Below, in pieces: positions 31,501 to 41,073 of a stretch of DNA of 64,000 nt. Under the pieces are notes generated by a model that worked only from the letters and a program-made list of their open reading frames with translations, was not told where the DNA came from and made no database searches. Source of the DNA: Candidatus Heimdallarchaeum endolithica (GTDB lineage Archaea > Asgardarchaeota > Heimdallarchaeia > Heimdallarchaeales > Heimdallarchaeaceae); contig CP084167.1 of NCBI GenBank assembly GCA_021513715.1, positions 1,024,001 through 1,088,000 of the forward strand. The letters run 5' to 3'. Both the position numbers and the translations under genes were made by a program. Numbering within the stretch: position 1 is the stretch's first letter; each line of letters starts with the position of its first letter.

Positions 31501-34500
31501 GAATTGAAATCTTGAACTCTATTTTATGCTCATCTTTGATTTTTTGTGCCCGTTGCAATTAGGATCTCAGAATAGTGAGAATTGAAATATACTCACGTGG
31601 GACACGCCCACGTTCGTATAATTATGATTGTTGCAATTAGGATCTCAGAATAGTGAGAATTGAAATTTCAAATCTACTCGGGCAAATTATCAGAAAATAG
31701 CGAAATTGTTGCAATTAGGATCTCAGAATAGTGAGAATTGAAATTCCATTCTTTACACCCCTAACTTGAATTCTGTTGAATTAGTTGCAATTAGGATCTC
31801 AGAATAGTGAGAATTGAAATTGTAAACTCTTTCCCTGCTGTATTAAATAATCATTCAGTGTTGCAATTAGGATCTCAGAATAGTGAGAATTGAAATTTGT
31901 TAGCACCTGTATTCACAGAAAATACATAGTCATTTACGTTGCAATTAGGATCTCAGAATAGTGAGAATTGAAATTCAGTTGTTATTTTCAATTCTCTGAG
32001 CATTTCTCCTTTTGTTGCAATTAGGATCTCAGAATAGTGAGAATTGAAATTTGTAGTTTTCTACTACAATATTGCATTTGGGACAATATATTGTGTTGCA
32101 ATTAGGATCTCAGAATAGTGAGAATTGAAATATAAAATCGCATCTATCTCCCAAAATATATTCAAAATAATGTTGCAATTAGGATCTCAGAATAGTGAGA
32201 ATTGAAATAAATTAACGATTTTGTCGCCTACAATCAACTTTTTATGACTGTTGCAATTAGGATCTCAGAATAGTGAGAATTGAAATTTTACAATTTCATA
32301 ATCATATAATAAAAATCTAAATACTAGTTGCAATTAGGATCTCAGAATAGTGAGAATTGAAATACAGGATAAAAATATATAAATTCCGGATTTTTTTTAG
32401 CAAGTTGCAATTAGGATCTCAGAATAGTGAGAATTGAAATATATACTCAACCAATTGTTTAACAGTATCCCTTTGTAACAAGTTGCAATTAGGATCTCAG
32501 AATAGTGAGAATTGAAATTACTTACTCCTAACCTTAAAAACTCTTCTATCTGTTCTATGTTGCAATTAGGATCTCAGAATAGTGAGAATTGAAATAAAAA
32601 CGCTTTTTCAAGGTCATTGTCATATTCGTTCAATTTCGTTGCAATTAGGATCTCAGAATAGTGAGAATTGAAATATCAGTGAAATTAGTAAATATGGGGA
32701 AATTGTAAGAAGATAGTTGCAATTAGGATCTCAGAATAGTGAGAATTGAAATTTTATATTGACTTCAAATTCAACTTTTTTTGTTTCCTCTAGTTGCAAT
32801 TAGGATCTCAGAATAGTGAGAATTGAAATTGATAGACATAGGTTTATACAAATCAGCCGGAAGATGAAGTTGCAATTAGGATCTCAGAATAGTGAGAATT
32901 GAAATAAAAGCTTTGGAAGAGTGGGCCAAAGAAAATGACCAAGAAAGTTGCAATTAGGATCTCAGAATAGTGAGAATTGAAATTATAAAAAACATGTTCC
33001 AATTATAGACCACAAAACTATCGCAGTTGCAATTAGGATCTCAGAATAGTGAGAATTGAAATTAAAAAACACCCTAGCTTCACTCAAGTACTGGTTCTCA
33101 AAAACGTTGCAATTAGGATCTCAGAATAGTGAGAATTGAAATTGTATGTCCCGTTAATACTGTTGGTACTATGGGCAAAGGTGTTGCAATTAGGATCTCA
33201 GAATAGTGAGAATTGAAATTTGCGATGACCCAAATTCCCGATTTTTCAAGAGGTAAATGTTGCAATTAGGATCTCAGAATAGTGAGAATTGAAATGATGT
33301 GTCCGATAACTTTCAGGTAGGCACAAATGGAACTGTTGCAATTAGGATCTCAGAATAGTGAGAATTGAAATACCTTATTGACAAATGTAGAAAAAGCCCT
33401 TTTACAAGCAGTGTTGCAATTAGGATCTCAGAATAGTGAGAATTGAAATTTTGAATGAAGCTGATGAAAGCATTATTGTTTCGCTTGAAAGTTGCAATTA
33501 GGATCTCAGAATAGTGAGAATTGAAATTCACACTCCTTTTCATATCTAAGTTTGACTATATGTCCATTGTTGCAATTAGGATCTCAGAATAGTGAGAATT
33601 GAAATTTTACATCTTCAACATATTCAAATGAGTTTATGTCTATCAGTTGCAATTAGGATCTCAGAATAGTGAGAATTGAAATTTTCAGTAATTCAATTGA
33701 ATTATATGAAAAAGTTGTTTGTTGCAATTAGGATCTCAGAATAGTGAGAATTGAAATTTGAAAAGCACTTGTTTTTTTCAACTTTTCATACTTCTCTCTG
33801 TTGCAATTAGGATCTCAGAATAGTGAGAATTGAAATGGTGAGCATTTAGCTCTCTTCCTAGCTGTGGAAATTTTCTAGCCAGTTGCAATTAGGATCTCAG
33901 AATAGTGAGAATTGAAATTCATAATTTTTTGAATCTTTTCCATCGCTTCCTTTTTGGTTTGTTGCAATTAGGATCTCAGAATAGTGAGAATTGAAATTAA
34001 AAATAATAAACGAGTTTTTTGCTGACGAACAAAGTTCCAAGTTGCAATTAGGATCTCAGAATAGTGAGAATTGAAATTCTGAATAACTGTTATAATCGGC
34101 ATAGAAAGAAATGCTATGTTGCAATTAGGATCTCAGAATAGTGAGAATTGAAATATTAGAGAACCAAAAACGAGAGAAAAAACCGTATGGCTAAGTTGCA
34201 ATTAGGATCTCAGAATAGTGAGAATTGAAATTTTGATATTTTTAGTTCTCTGAGCATTTCTTCATTGTTGTGTTGCAATTAGGATCTCAGAATAGTGAGA
34301 ATTGAAATATATATTTCAGTTCGTAATCTCTCGCACCCTGATAGTAGCTGTTGCAATTAGGATCTCAGAATAGTGAGAATTGAAATATAAAATGAACATT
34401 CTTAGCACGAACTGAACGTCTTAAGTTGTTGCAATTAGGATCTCAGAATAGTGAGAATTGAAATACATTCGTCACCTACATTAAATTTACTCTTTCTCCT

Positions 34501-34619
34501 ATAAGGTTGCAATTAGGATCTCAGTATAGTGAGAATTGAAATGTTAACTGGACTATTTCAAAAATCTCCCAAGTAGAAAGATGTTACAATTAGGATCTCA
34601 TAAGAAGGAGAATTTAAAT
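25592..34619 (+). CRISPR. CRISPR array, repeat GTTGCAATTAGGATCTCAGAATAGTGAGAATTGAAAT (37 nt), about 117 repeats / 116 spacers of roughly 37-45 nt
   Basis: Counted by hand. Repeat hairpin TCTCA/TGAGA followed by an ATTGAAAT handle. Penultimate repeat (34506) has one substitution and the terminal repeat (34583-34619) is degenerate. Confidence 0.99.
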
Positions 34620-34645
34620 CATTCACTTAAAAGAGAGATAAAGAG

Positions 34646-34915
34646 ATGAGTTGGGTATTATCACTTATTAAAGATTTATACTTTTATTTTTTTATTTTTG
34701 CTATTAATGGTTTGTTCTTTCATATGTTGTTTAACATTAAACAAATCGTAAAATATAATTCTTTGAAAAAAATGAGTATAAAAGAAAGGATGAATGAAAG
34801 GAAAAATTGTGAAATTATCTTAAGTACTGAATACACAAAACCTTCATTAATAACTGATCTACTTGTTATGTTTATTCTTATTGCTATAGCTATTATTTTA
34901 TATCATTATTTATGA
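34646..34915 (+). CDS. Small two-TM membrane protein between degenerate repeats
   Basis: 89 aa, with hydrophobic segments LYFYFFIFAINGLFFHMLF and LLVMFILIAIAIILYHYL. Confidence 0.55.
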   Translation: MSWVLSLIKDLYFYFFIFAINGLFFHMLFNIKQIVKYNSLKKMSIKERMNERKNCEIILSTEYTKPSLITDLLVMFILIAIAIILYHYL

Positions 34916-34942
34916 ACTCTTTTTTTAACACTTAATCCTCTT

Positions 34943-34980
34943 ATTACAATTAGATCTCAAAAGAAGAATAAATTCTAAAC
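34943..34980 (+). repeat. Orphan degenerate CRISPR repeat
   Basis: ATTACAATTAG-ATCTCAAAAGAAGAATAAATTCTAAAC shares TTACAATTAG, ATCTCA and AAGAAG with the degenerate terminal repeat. Confidence 0.7.
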
Positions 34981-35022
34981 ACAAAAATTATTAATATTCT
35001 CTACATTTTGTAAGTAAAAAAA

Positions 35023-35901
35023 ATGAGTGATAGTAACAATTTGTCTTCTGAATTAAATAATAATTCTGATGATTTTTCTTTTTCTGATCCTCTCTTGAAG
35101 TCAAATCTTATTAGTGGTGAAAGGGTCTTTAGCGAATTTTTTATTCCTCACAGGACTATTTCTTTATTTGGTCTTGTTGTTTTGCTATTATCTTTTCTTT
35201 TACCTTTGATAGTTATTTTAGTTGTTCAATTTGGTACTGATTTTTCTAAAGTTGTTAAATACACTATTGATATTATAATGGGTTTATGGTTATTTTTCAC
35301 TTTCTTGTTTTTCTTTTTCATTGGTTCAAGTAATCAATTTCTTGTTATTACTAATTTTCGTTTAATTTACGTTAGAGAGTATTTTCCTTTTTTCCTTAAG
35401 CGGTTTAGGATCCTCAAGGAATTTTCTACTGATATTAACAGTGTTACTCTTGTTGAGCGCAAAAAGTTTTCTCGCCCTGATCCTTTTATGTTTTTTACTG
35501 GGTTATTGATGTTTTTTGTTAGTTTATTTCTTTTCATTTCTATTAAGATCGTTGAGCAGTTTAACATTTCTTCTTTTCCTCAGTATAGAAAAACCATTCT
35601 TATTAGCAGTTCAATTCTTTTGATTCTTTCTTTTATGCTTATTATCTATGCTTTATTCTTTTTCTCCAAGAATATTTACAAGTTGGCTTTTTCCATTGGT
35701 CAAACTTATCCTTTACTTCCTGTTATTGGCAGATTTTTCTCTAGGAGTTTGAAAGCTGGTTATTGGGTTATTTACGGTTGGGAAAAAGATTCAAAGAAGA
35801 TGTATGAAGAAGCTCCTCAACTGTTTTTTTCTTTACAACTTGATGAATCACTTCTTTTTACAAAAAAAATATTAGAAAAAAAGAAGGAAGGAGAAAACTA
35901 G
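35023..35901 (+). CDS. Membrane protein, possible bacterial-PH-like domain
   Basis: Four TM segments and a 'LVITNFRLI' motif. Confidence 0.6.
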   Translation: MSDSNNLSSELNNNSDDFSFSDPLLKSNLISGERVFSEFFIPHRTISLFGLVVLLLSFLLPLIVILVVQFGTDFSKVVKYTIDIIMGLWLFFTFLFFFFIGSSNQFLVITNFRLIYVREYFPFFLKRFRILKEFSTDINSVTLVERKKFSRPDPFMFFTGLLMFFVSLFLFISIKIVEQFNISSFPQYRKTILISSSILLILSFMLIIYALFFFSKNIYKLAFSIGQTYPLLPVIGRFFSRSLKAGYWVIYGWEKDSKKMYEEAPQLFFSLQLDESLLFTKKILEKKKEGEN

Positions 35902-36128
35902 ATCTAAATAGAAAAAAAAAGAATAAAGTAAATGATGAGTTGAAATTTAATTTAAAGCTATTACTCTTGAACAGAAACTTTTTTTACGGAGTTTTTGGTG
36001 TACACTTATTGCTAAGGTTTTTCCTGTTTGCTTCTTATTTGTTGTTTCTTTGCTTTTATTATTCTTATGCTTTTGCTCACTATTGTTAAGAAGCAATAAC
36101 AGGAGAAGCTTTTGTGTGAGGGGATAAG

Positions 36129-36386
36129 ATGTCACAAGCAAAATATCGTATTTATTGGAAGTCCTATTATCCTAAACGCATTACAGAGGAGTACATCAAA
36201 GCCAATAATCCTTGTCACGCTTTACTCTTAATTCGTGACAAGTTCATTGCTGAGCATTCTGACGATATCTATCGTACTTGTATATTTAATTTACAAGTAA
36301 TAAAAAACGGTTATTGGGCTGATTGGACTTCTGAGAATGGTTTAGACATTACTACTCTTGCTGAAGAATTAGAATTATTTACTTAA
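36129..36386 (+). CDS. Small hypothetical protein
   Basis: 85-aa ORF with protein-like composition and a GAGGGG SD-like sequence upstream. Confidence 0.6.
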   Translation: MSQAKYRIYWKSYYPKRITEEYIKANNPCHALLLIRDKFIAEHSDDIYRTCIFNLQVIKNGYWADWTSENGLDITTLAEELELFT

Positions 36387-36543
36387 TCTTGTTCTTGTTT
36401 CCTGTGTGACAAGTGGAATAAACAAGATTAGATTTCTATGTTGACTTTATATAGACCTATTGAAAATATTCTTAGCTGTTATCAAAGTTCTTTGATTTTG
36501 TCAATTATTTCTCTTTTTTTCTTTTTTTTCCTTTATTTATTCT

Positions 36544-37566
36544 CTATTTTTCTTCTGCTGCTTTTGCTTCTTTTGTTTTTATTTTATTTGTTCTTTCTGT
36601 CTCTGTTTCTTTTCCTTCTATTTTTTTACTTTTATCTAGTATAATTATTATTACTCCTGCTATTATTCCTATTCCTCCCAGAATGTAAGATAGTGTTATT
36701 GGTTCTTTTAGTATTATTGCTCCTAATATTATTGCGAACACTGGTTCATCTAGTAGTAGTAGTGAGCTTTTTGACGACTCTTGATATTTTGCTGATATCA
36801 TTAGCAATCCGTATGGTATCACGCTTCCTGCTAGTGCGAATCCTATTCCTATCAGTATTATTTTTGTTTTCAGTATATTCTCTATTTCCATTTTTACTAG
36901 TTCTTCTGGTAGGGGTAGTAATGAGAACATTATTAATAGAGGTAGAGCTATAATTATTGCCCACGATATTACCCAAGCTATAGATAGAGAATAAGGTACA
37001 TCTTTTCTTTTTTCTGCGCTTGCTCTTCCAATTAACAAGTAAAAAGCGTAGAACAGTCCATTTAGTATTGCTAGCGTTGTTCCAACTATTGATGACATGA
37101 ATGACTCCCATTTCCACACTTCTGTCAATGTGATTAGTCCTGCTGTTGCTACAATTATTGCTATTATTTTGCTTTTTGTTATTCTTTCTTTTAGAAATAT
37201 CCTTCCTAGTATTAATGTTACGAACGGATGTATCTGTATTACCAGTGCTGCTTCTCCTGCTGGTGTTCCTACTGCTATTGAACTTAAGTATACAAATATC
37301 ATCATAACAAATAGCAAACTTTGTAACAAGTATGTTTTCTGGCTTGTTAATTTAATGGAGTTTTTCACTTGATCCTTGTTTTTCTTTAGAGTGTAGAAAA
37401 CTATTATTCCTATCCCAAATATAGAACCAAAGAATATTCTCAGCAATGATTGTTCTATGCTTGAAATATTTAGATCTCTTAATATTGCTGAGATAATAGG
37501 TATTGAACCAAAAAACAGCCCTGCTGTAATTGACGCCAGGTAGGAAAGATTAGTTTTTTTATCCAT
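36544..37566 (-). CDS. DMT/EamA family transporter
   Basis: About 10 TM helices, 'LGRIFLKERIT' and 'DEPVFAIILGAIILKEPIT'. Confidence 0.92.
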   Translation of the reverse strand: MDKKTNLSYLASITAGLFFGSIPIISAILRDLNISSIEQSLLRIFFGSIFGIGIIVFYTLKKNKDQVKNSIKLTSQKTYLLQSLLFVMMIFVYLSSIAVGTPAGEAALVIQIHPFVTLILGRIFLKERITKSKIIAIIVATAGLITLTEVWKWESFMSSIVGTTLAILNGLFYAFYLLIGRASAEKRKDVPYSLSIAWVISWAIIIALPLLIMFSLLPLPEELVKMEIENILKTKIILIGIGFALAGSVIPYGLLMISAKYQESSKSSLLLLDEPVFAIILGAIILKEPITLSYILGGIGIIAGVIIIILDKSKKIEGKETETERTNKIKTKEAKAAEEK

Positions 37567-37782
37567 TCTTGCTATTTTTATTTTTTATATTTATCAATCT
37601 TTACTCTTCTATTAGTTTTCTACTAGTCAACTTTCGATATTCATTCTCTTATTTTTTTGTTTTTTTAGTTATTTTTAGCTTTTTCTTGTTTTTTTATTAG
37701 TTTTTCTGGTTTTTTTGTTTCTCCTTATTTATTGTTCTACTTTTTCATAATTTTCTTAAATTGATTTTTTTTCTTTCTTTTT

Positions 37783-38253
37783 ATGGGTTGTAGCTGGTGT
37801 GACTTGGATAATTCATCAAATTATTTCATTTATACCAGTGAACATTTCAATGTTTATCTTTCTGAAGATCAAAGTCTTTTGGGTAGGCTTATACTGGTTC
37901 TTAATCGTCACGCTTCTTCTTTAAGTGACTTGACTTCTGAAGAGATACAAGATTTTTTTTCTAATGTCAAAATTATCGAAAAAACTTTAGCTGAATCTTT
38001 TGGTGCTACTATGTTCAATTGGAGTTGTTTAATGAATAATTCTTACAAAGAACAACCTTGCTTTCCTCATGTTCATTGGCATTGTCGTCCTCCCTATGCT
38101 CACGATGTTTCTTTTACTGGTCAAGTTTTTTCTGACCCTGATTTCGCTCATCATTACAATAATAAGAGAAAGCTTACTGTTTCTTCAGAAGTTCAACATA
38201 TGATCATTACTTCTATCAGGACTTCTATCAAGAATAATTTCACTATTCTTTGA
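37783..38253 (+). CDS. HIT family hydrolase
   Basis: N-terminal CxxC and histidine triad 'PHVHWH'. Confidence 0.9.
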   Translation: MGCSWCDLDNSSNYFIYTSEHFNVYLSEDQSLLGRLILVLNRHASSLSDLTSEEIQDFFSNVKIIEKTLAESFGATMFNWSCLMNNSYKEQPCFPHVHWHCRPPYAHDVSFTGQVFSDPDFAHHYNNKRKLTVSSEVQHMIITSIRTSIKNNFTIL

Positions 38254-38480
38254 ACTTAGTTTATTTTTCTTTAATTTATTTTCTTCCTTCTACTTATTTG
38301 AACATATAACCTTTTCTTATTTTATTTTGTAAGGCATTTTACCAATCTTCATACATTATTTTAGGCTCCCCCAGCCATCTCGCACTTTTTTTCGAAATGC
38401 TTTTAAAGCCCCTTAAATATTTTTCATTGATTGAAGAATTTTTCTTCGGTCATAATAATAACAAATTAGAAGGAATTATT

Positions 38481-40574
38481 ATGAAAAAAAGAATATTAAT
38501 AACAAGCATTTTCATTTTTGCCTTTTTAGTAGCAGTTATTCCTTTAACTGCTAATGCTAACGTCCTTTCCACCAAAGGTACAAAGGATTTAGGCGGTGGA
38601 GATGCTTATAATGCATATAGTGCATCTAATTATGCTACTCTTATTAGTACACCTATTTCAGGTTACGGAGACATTTACTATTCTAGTGATCAATATGATC
38701 AATACAAGGTAGCAGTCAGTTCAGGAGATAAAGTAACAATTGAGTTTACTGCTCCTAGTGGAGCAACAGGAATTGATCTTCCTGTTTATGACACTGACAA
38801 GTCTCGAATACTCATTCGTTACAACATCCAGACTTTCTCCGAGACTGTTACTGCTTCGGGGAATGGCTATATTTACTTTACTATAGATGCTGATAGAACT
38901 GCAGATAGAGGTACTTATTATCTCAGTGTTTCTAAATCTGGAGCAGCTGACACTACTCCACCTACTGTAAGTATTACTGACCCTGCTGATGGAGCAACTG
39001 TTTATTCTGCTGATGTCACTGTTTCATGGACTGGTTCTGACAATGTTGGTATTGACCACTATAATGTCAGAATAGACAGTGGTTCATGGACTAATGTCGG
39101 AACAGCTACAAGTCACACCTTTACTGGTTTGTCCGATGGCAGTCACACTGTAGATGTCAACGCCTATGATGCTGCAGGAAATGTTGGTTCTGACAGCGTG
39201 ACTTTCACTGTTGACACCAGTGCTCCTCCTACAGAGTATACTTTCACTGGTTCACTTAGTGCAGGACAGGACAGTACTCAACATACTTTCAACGTTCCTT
39301 CCAACACCATTAAGATCGAAGTTCAGCTTCAAATGCCCAGTGGTGCAGATTATGATCTCAGCCTTTGGGACTCTAATGGAGCTCGAACTGGTGGTTGGAC
39401 TAACTCTGATCACAGCACTAAGACTAATATTGCCAACAGTGATTATTCTGGTTATTCTGCTAATCCTGAGTGGATTAATGTTGATCCTCCTACTGTTTTT
39501 GGCACATGGAAGACTGGTTGTTATGCTTACAGTGGTTCTGGTACTTACACCATCACTGTTACTCTAACTCTCAGTGGTCCAGATACTGCTGCACCTACTG
39601 TTACTATTACTGCCCCAACAGACGGTTCTACAGTTAATTCTGCTGATGTTACTGTCACATGGACTGGTTCTGACAATGTTGGTATTGACCACTATGAAGT
39701 TAGAATAGACAGTGGTTCATGGACTAATGTCGGAACAGCTACAAGTCACACCTTTACTGGTTTGTCTGATGGCAGTCACACTGTAGATGTCAACGCCTAT
39801 GATGCTGCAGGAAATGTTGGTTCTGACAGTGTAACATTCACTGTTGACACTACTACTAACCCTGTTGAAAAATGGGCTGTTATTGTTGGTATTAGTGATT
39901 ACAAGGCTATTAGTGATCTTTCCTATTGTGATGAAGACGCTACTGATTGGTATTACCAACTTACCAGCAGTCAAATGAGCTATGATCATGTGACTGTTTT
40001 AGGAGATGGCCATTCTAGCAACTATCCCCAATATGATGGATATGCTACAGAGTACAATGTTAAACAAGCTTTAAACAACATGGTTAATTCTGCTGACTCT
40101 AATGACATTATAGCTTTCATCAGTTCTGGTCATGGTTCGGGTAATGGTGGAGGTTCTTCCTACTTATGTATGTGGGATTGCAGTTCAGGAGAAAACGGAG
40201 AAGATGGTAATCTCTATGACACTGAATTAGCAGCTATTCTCGATGGAGCTGTTGCTGACAGGATTTTTGTCTTCTTAGACCATTGTTACAGTGGAGGTTT
40301 TGGAGATAATCTTATGAACATGCCCAACAAAGCTCATGTTTATCTTACAACCACTTGTACAGAAAATGGTTATGGTTATGATGACTCTACTCATCATAAT
40401 GGTGCTTGGACTTATTACTTCTTAGATTATTCATGGCAACAACATTTCGGTGGTGCAGCTAATGTTGCTATGGAAGATATTTTCGACTATGCTTTAGCTG
40501 CTTATCCATACAGTGGTGGAGATACTCCTCAAGAATTTGATGGAAACACTGGTGCATACTTCTACTTGGCATAA
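38481..40574 (+). CDS. Secreted caspase-fold (clan CD) peptidase with PPC-like and Ig-like domains
   Basis: Signal peptide MKKRILITSIFIFAFLVAVIP. C-terminal 'KWAVIVGISDY', 'SGHG' and 'FLDHCYSGGF' His/Cys dyad. Confidence 0.85.
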   Translation: MKKRILITSIFIFAFLVAVIPLTANANVLSTKGTKDLGGGDAYNAYSASNYATLISTPISGYGDIYYSSDQYDQYKVAVSSGDKVTIEFTAPSGATGIDLPVYDTDKSRILIRYNIQTFSETVTASGNGYIYFTIDADRTADRGTYYLSVSKSGAADTTPPTVSITDPADGATVYSADVTVSWTGSDNVGIDHYNVRIDSGSWTNVGTATSHTFTGLSDGSHTVDVNAYDAAGNVGSDSVTFTVDTSAPPTEYTFTGSLSAGQDSTQHTFNVPSNTIKIEVQLQMPSGADYDLSLWDSNGARTGGWTNSDHSTKTNIANSDYSGYSANPEWINVDPPTVFGTWKTGCYAYSGSGTYTITVTLTLSGPDTAAPTVTITAPTDGSTVNSADVTVTWTGSDNVGIDHYEVRIDSGSWTNVGTATSHTFTGLSDGSHTVDVNAYDAAGNVGSDSVTFTVDTTTNPVEKWAVIVGISDYKAISDLSYCDEDATDWYYQLTSSQMSYDHVTVLGDGHSSNYPQYDGYATEYNVKQALNNMVNSADSNDIIAFISSGHGSGNGGGSSYLCMWDCSSGENGEDGNLYDTELAAILDGAVADRIFVFLDHCYSGGFGDNLMNMPNKAHVYLTTTCTENGYGYDDSTHHNGAWTYYFLDYSWQQHFGGAANVAMEDIFDYALAAYPYSGGDTPQEFDGNTGAYFYLA
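39004..39850 (+). repeat. Intragenic near-identical direct repeat (39004-39217 and 39637-39850) encoding Ig-like domains
   Basis: Two ~214-bp copies 633 bp apart, differing at few positions. Confidence 0.9.
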
Positions 40575-40753
40575 TCCTTTTCTTTTTTTCTTTTTTCAGA
40601 GATTCCTTCGAAAATCTCTTTTTTTATTTAATTTTAAACAATTTCTACATATTTTCAAAAAAGATGTTCAAAGATTACTAGAAATACATTCTTATTATAG
40701 TATCAAATATATCAGAATAGTTCATTTATTTAAAAAAATGAATAAATAATATA

Positions 40754-40965
40754 TTATTTTTGTTTAACTGTAGATATTTTGAAAACTGCATATAATTCCC
40801 AGAAACCTGTAATCCCTGTAATCAACGAGATTAATCCCACGATCAATAATATAATTAACAAGATCAAGCTTATTGGAGAACTAAATACAAAGTAGAAAAC
40901 TATTGCCAAGACAGTTAGAATTATTCCTAAAGCTACTCTTATTATTCTATCAGTTTTTCATTCAT
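40754..40965 (-). pseudogene. Frameshifted DUF2892 (YgaP-like) small membrane protein
   Basis: MNE then (shift) KTDRIIRVALGIIL...GLISLITGITGFWELYAVFKIST. One A is missing in an A-run near the start, and the family 'FCPLY' reads FWELY. Confidence 0.7.
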
Positions 40966-41073
40966 TTACTTGCTTAGTGATTTAATGTTCTTTAAAGGAC
41001 TATAAATATATTAATGACTTACAAAAATTGAGAAAAAAATAATCAGTTCATTTTGTTTCTTTTTTATTAGTTT

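Noticed and set aside
30658-33543. Minus-strand ORFs with repeated NFNSHYSEILIAT
   Set aside because: These are translations of the reverse-complement CRISPR repeat, not genes.
25592-34619. Self-targeting spacers or transposase/integrase genes for the island
   Set aside because: None noticed by eye within the window. An exhaustive alignment could not be run.
37783-38253. HIT hydrolase as a cOA-degrading partner of the type III system
   Set aside because: Separated from the array by unrelated genes and looks like an ordinary HIT protein; nothing supports a link.
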